Below are positions 35,721 to 64,000 of a stretch of 64,000 bases of DNA, piece by piece. A model generated the notes under the pieces. It searched no databases and was not told the origin of the DNA. It saw only the letters and a program-made list of their open reading frames with translations. The stretch comes from the human T2T-CHM13v2.0 reference genome, Homo sapiens. A program made the translations under genes and the position numbers. Numbering within the stretch: the first letter of the stretch is position 1; every line of letters begins with the position of its first letter. The DNA lies in the NCBI RefSeq assembly GCF_009914755.1, contig NC_060946.1. One strand, 5' to 3'.

Positions 35721-35904
35721 ACTGCCCATCTAGGCTGTGGCAGGCCTACTAGGGAATGGACAAAAAGTTCCGGCACGTTCCACTGGCTGAGGGAGCATGG
35801 GACACGGACAGCTCAGCTGCACGTCCGTAAACCGTCCCTTCCACGGCCACCCTGGGCATGGGGAGGGGCGGGGGTGTTTGTGGAGAAAAACCAGCACCGC
35901 AGAA

Positions 35905-37909
35905 GTACAAATTCAAAAATCTTAATTTATTGTAGACTCTTCTCATTTGTAATTCCAGTGTTTTGAACATTAATAAATACACGTTCTGTTAAAAACCTCC
36001 AGTGTCTAATCTCTCCCATAAAGTCTTAAGTAATAAAAATAGGTTTACATTTTTCCCATCTCAATAAAACTGACAGTTGTTTTTTGGTAACAGTTCTGAT
36101 CAAATTAAAAATTACACCTCGTGATGTTGGCTGTGGAGTACGTGGAAAAAAATAGAACAAAAAAATTACACCTCAGGGGGCAGAATCCTGTTAAAGTCAT
36201 GAAAGGAGACTGTTCGAAGACTTAAAAACCTTTTCGTACTTAGGAAACGCCAGGGGCAAACGTTTAAAGGGACTAGAGTTTTTTATCTTCGAAAGACCAC
36301 TCACCTGGTAAGGCACATGTATAATTCATTCAGGTGTGAGGACTCTGGGATCTCATTTCATCCTCCTGTCCTGGACCATTTTCAGATACGCTTTTCCTCT
36401 CCCATAGGCATCTGCTAACAGTGCTCACATTTTCATCAGGGTCAAGTTTAAAACAGTGTGGACATCTTTGCATTTTACTTGATTTTCATCCTATTTTATG
36501 GTTTCTCCTATTTGGAAGCAGCTGTGCTGATCACTTATTTGGGCACCTGATTTGAAGAACAAAGGAAACGCTAAAATCAAACATGTCTGACAGTTCCGGG
36601 ACCCGTTCCACAGCCCCTCGGGCCACGCTGTGCCAGCTGCCTGCAGTGGGCCCGACCTTGGTGTGAATTTCCAAAAACAGTTTGGTAACCGTTGAAGAGT
36701 GTGGCTGTGGCTTTGTCCCTCTGCACAATTGGCCATTTGAAGCAAAATGAAGTAATTGGTCAGACTCCAGAGGGGAGAACCCTGCCTGGAGATCCTCGCA
36801 GTCTCAGAGAGTTAGAGAATTGGCAGGAGGTATGTAACGGCCTGGAAGGCCCCACACCTCTGTCCAAATCAGGAACCTGCAACGCTTTAAGGTCCCAGGT
36901 CCCACGGGGAGCAGGAGCAAAGGACAAAGCCATCCCCACCTGCAGCTCCCGGGCCACCTGGGAGGCGGTGAGGGGAGGGGGTGGTGGTCACAGAATGACC
37001 AGGTGAAAAATGACAGCCGTGTGGCAACCGTGCCCCACAGTGACCTCAGCAGGGCTCCTCACACCTGCCTAGTGCTGCACTGCCCTGTCTTGAATTCACA
37101 CAGCCGGGGCAGATGGCAGCAGAGGACAAACGCACACACAGCGAACACTGGGGACCCAGGGGGCCGGCGGGGAGGGCCCACACCATCCTCACTTCCTGGC
37201 CGAAGGCAGCTGTAGGGCTTCTAGCCGCTTGGTTTTAGCCCCACTGCTGACGTATTTCCCACCTTTGATCTGCTGGGGCACCAGTTTCGTCAACACATGC
37301 CAGATTCAAGTACAACTGTGCAATCTTGACAGAGAAGACAGCAAGAGATCATTGCATGGATCTCTCGGGATAACAAAGTCAGCACGAATGCAATATATAT
37401 ACAGGTTTCACCTCCTCAGAGTCCCATACAAATATATAAAAGTATCTCCACCTTTCCCACATAGCGAAGTGATTTTAAGACAAGGGGTGCCTTTGCAAAG
37501 GACTGCCCGGGCTGCCAGCCACGGGTCCGCACTGCCATGAGATGCCCGCCTGGGCGGGGCTGGACCGCGGTCTTTGGTCTGTGCCCGGCGTTCCTGAACT
37601 CTGGCCAGCCTCTGGGCCCAGTCTGGGGTCCCCTCTCAGTTCTGGCTTTGACTGCAGTCTTAGGACTCAGCGGTGCTGGCCCAGTGGTCCACGCCTCCCT
37701 CATGCCTGTGGCCTTTGGCACTTGTCACCAGGTCTGACAGGCCCTGAGCTCCTGGGAGAACCAAGACCTTTGTGTCTGGATGATCAGTCGGGGGGCTGCC
37801 ACCATGGGGACCGCCACACTCTGGGCCCACTCCACTTCAAGGGCAGTGGCCCCTTGGGCTCCAAGGTCTGAGGGTGATGCCGCAGCCTGTGTGGGGTGAC
37901 GGGCTTGCC
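35905..37909 (-). other. CELSR1: CELSR1 3'UTR (~2 kb)
   Basis: Lies between stop codon(s) and the polyA signal; no recognisable interspersed repeats; AU-rich distal half. Confidence 0.8.
35926..35931 (-). terminator. CELSR1: CELSR1 polyadenylation signal
   Basis: TTTATT on + = AATAAA on -, at the end of an AU-rich 3'UTR, followed on - by GU/U-rich sequence. Confidence 0.85.
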
Positions 37910-61449
<23,540 letters not shown>

Positions 61450-61596
61450 CTGGTCAGACAGACAGCACTCAGTACTCAGCCTGCGGAGGCCTGGCTCGTG
61501 GGACGGAGGGACACCTGCCCTGAAAGCCTTTGCTTGCCTAGTGGGCTCATTCATTCATTCCAGCCCTACACTTTAGACTGTGCTCTTTAATATTAG

Positions 61597-61921
<325 letters not shown>

Positions 61922-62230
61922 TAGTTCCCAAATATTTTTTCAAAAAGTTTATCTTAAGAGGAATAGAAAAATGTTACTAAGCTCACAAAGTATATTAAAA
62001 TCTAGAGAATTAAAGATGCTTCATATTTTTAGCTTAATTTACTAGATGTACAAGCACTGTTTAAATGCTCGGAAGGTCTGTTTGCTAGCCGAACAATTGA
62101 AATACAAAACAAAAAATCAACTACATGACATATATTAATTCCATTTAAAATACTTAGGGGAATTTCACGGTCTAAGTTTATAAATAGGATCAAACATTAA
62201 TCAAAGTTGAATTCAAATAGATAAGGAAGT

Positions 62231-62522
62231 CTTTTTGTTTGTTTGTTTTGTTTTTGTTTTTTGAGACAGAGTTTCACTTTGTTGTCCAGCCTGGAGTGCA
62301 GTGGCACAGTCTTGGCTCACTGCAGCCTCTGCCTCCCGGGTTCAAGCAATTCTCGTGCCTCAGCCTCCCACCACCCCGCCCGGCTGATTTTTTTCATATT
62401 TTAGAAGAGACAGGGTTTCACCATGTTGCCCAGGCTGGTCTCGAACTCCTGGGCTCAGGCAATCTGCCCATCTCGGCCTCCCAAAGTGCTGGGATTACAG
62501 GCGTGAGCGACCGCGCCCGGCC
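62231..62522 (-). mobile_element. Alu (internal deletion)
   Basis: Antisense consensus. Confidence 0.93.
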
Positions 62523-62896
62523 AGAAGTCATTTTTTAATGTGTGATTTTCATAAATCCTGAACCCCATCAAATAAGCCAGAGAGACTGTGGGTGATTCAA
62601 ATGTCAGAGGCTGGGACTCTGGCAGAGTGAGCCCTGCCAGGGGTTTTTCCACGTATACCCCAAGACGCTAAGGCAGGGAAGACATGTGGCGATGCCCCTG
62701 GTTATTACATCAGAACTCCTCCTGAACTCCACCAACCACGTCAAGCAGTGATGGAACCACCACAACCTGGGCTGCGCAGAGGTCCCACACTGAGGCCGCC
62801 GTGGACATGTGGACAGCTCCTCCGAGGGTGACCCTCAGCCTCTGTGCACCCCAGGGTCTGTGTGAACGACTGGGTGGAGGCATGAGGCTGTGCTCA

Positions 62897-63301
<405 letters not shown>

Positions 63302-64000
63302 TCAGGCTGGGACTCAAATCCCAGCAAGGGGACCCTGCCTGGTCTCTGGCGGCCTTATGCAGACTAGAAGGTTCCATGGGGGCCCTGCATGGACTGGAGG
63401 CCCTTTGTGGATGAGGAGGTCCCTGAGGGCTCCGTGGGGATGGGTGGGAGGGACAGGGTGTCCCCCATGGGCTCTGTGTGGACAGGCACTCCTCTGGGGG
63501 TCCTGTCTGGATGAAGAGGCCTGCAGCAGAGCCACAACGAAACTTCTGGAGCCCCCGAAAGCAGTTTCCAAATATCAGGCTGCGTGAGTCCCCTCTGCAT
63601 TCACCCTAAAACGATACTGCTCAGGGGATGACAACTTCCACACACACAGCCAGAGGGTTGAGGCGGAGGTGTGGCCCTCTGAAAGCAGGACCTCAGAGCT
63701 GCGGGTGGGAGTGGACGTGGGGGCCCACTGCCGGGCCCTGCCCCTTACAAGCTGTGCCTTTGGGCAAACGCCTTAGCTCTCTGTGCCTCTGTTTCCTTAC
63801 CTGTCAAATGGGTGGACGATACTCCATCACAGGCTGCATGGAAGGGAGAGGGGCTGATGCAGGTGGGCCACTTAGAATCCCTTAGAAGCCACTTAGATCA
63901 CACTACAGGCACTACCAGGATCACCAGCAAGGCTGTGACCTGCATGTTTCCTTCCAGAACACTCCCTAACGCTCGTCGTCAGTTTAGTCAGGCACTGCAC

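Overview
Mammalian, almost certainly human, genomic DNA, recognisable as the 22q13.3 GTSE1-TRMU-CELSR1 locus. It contains the last four coding exons and 3'UTR of GTSE1 (+). It contains the complete 11-exon TRMU/MTU1 gene (+; CDS 10462-31705, 1266 nt = 421 aa + stop when spliced; mitochondrial tRNA 2-thiouridylase of the MnmA family) with a CpG-island promoter. It contains the last 17 exons of CELSR1 (-; GAIN/GPS, 7TM and cytoplasmic tail) with a ~2 kb 3'UTR converging on TRMU. All exon boundaries were read by hand from GT/AG sites and their phases join in frame. Introns and spacers carry ~25 Alus, MER4/MER21/MaLR LTRs, old L1, L3 and Tigger4 fragments, several minisatellites and many short local tandem duplications. 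I found no new prokaryote-style system or new protein-coding gene. The best lead is a perfect 27-bp duplication sitting on the alternative last-exon acceptors that choose between the PDZ-ligand (NETSI) and EKP C-termini of CELSR1. Other leads are a candidate poison micro-exon in TRMU intron 4, a MIR-derived 9x31-bp minisatellite forming an array of TAATCC homeodomain sites, a possible spliced intergenic transcript ending in an LTR, and miR-199/124/9 sites in the CELSR1 3'UTR. Repeat family names and comparisons to reference proteins come from memory, not from a search.
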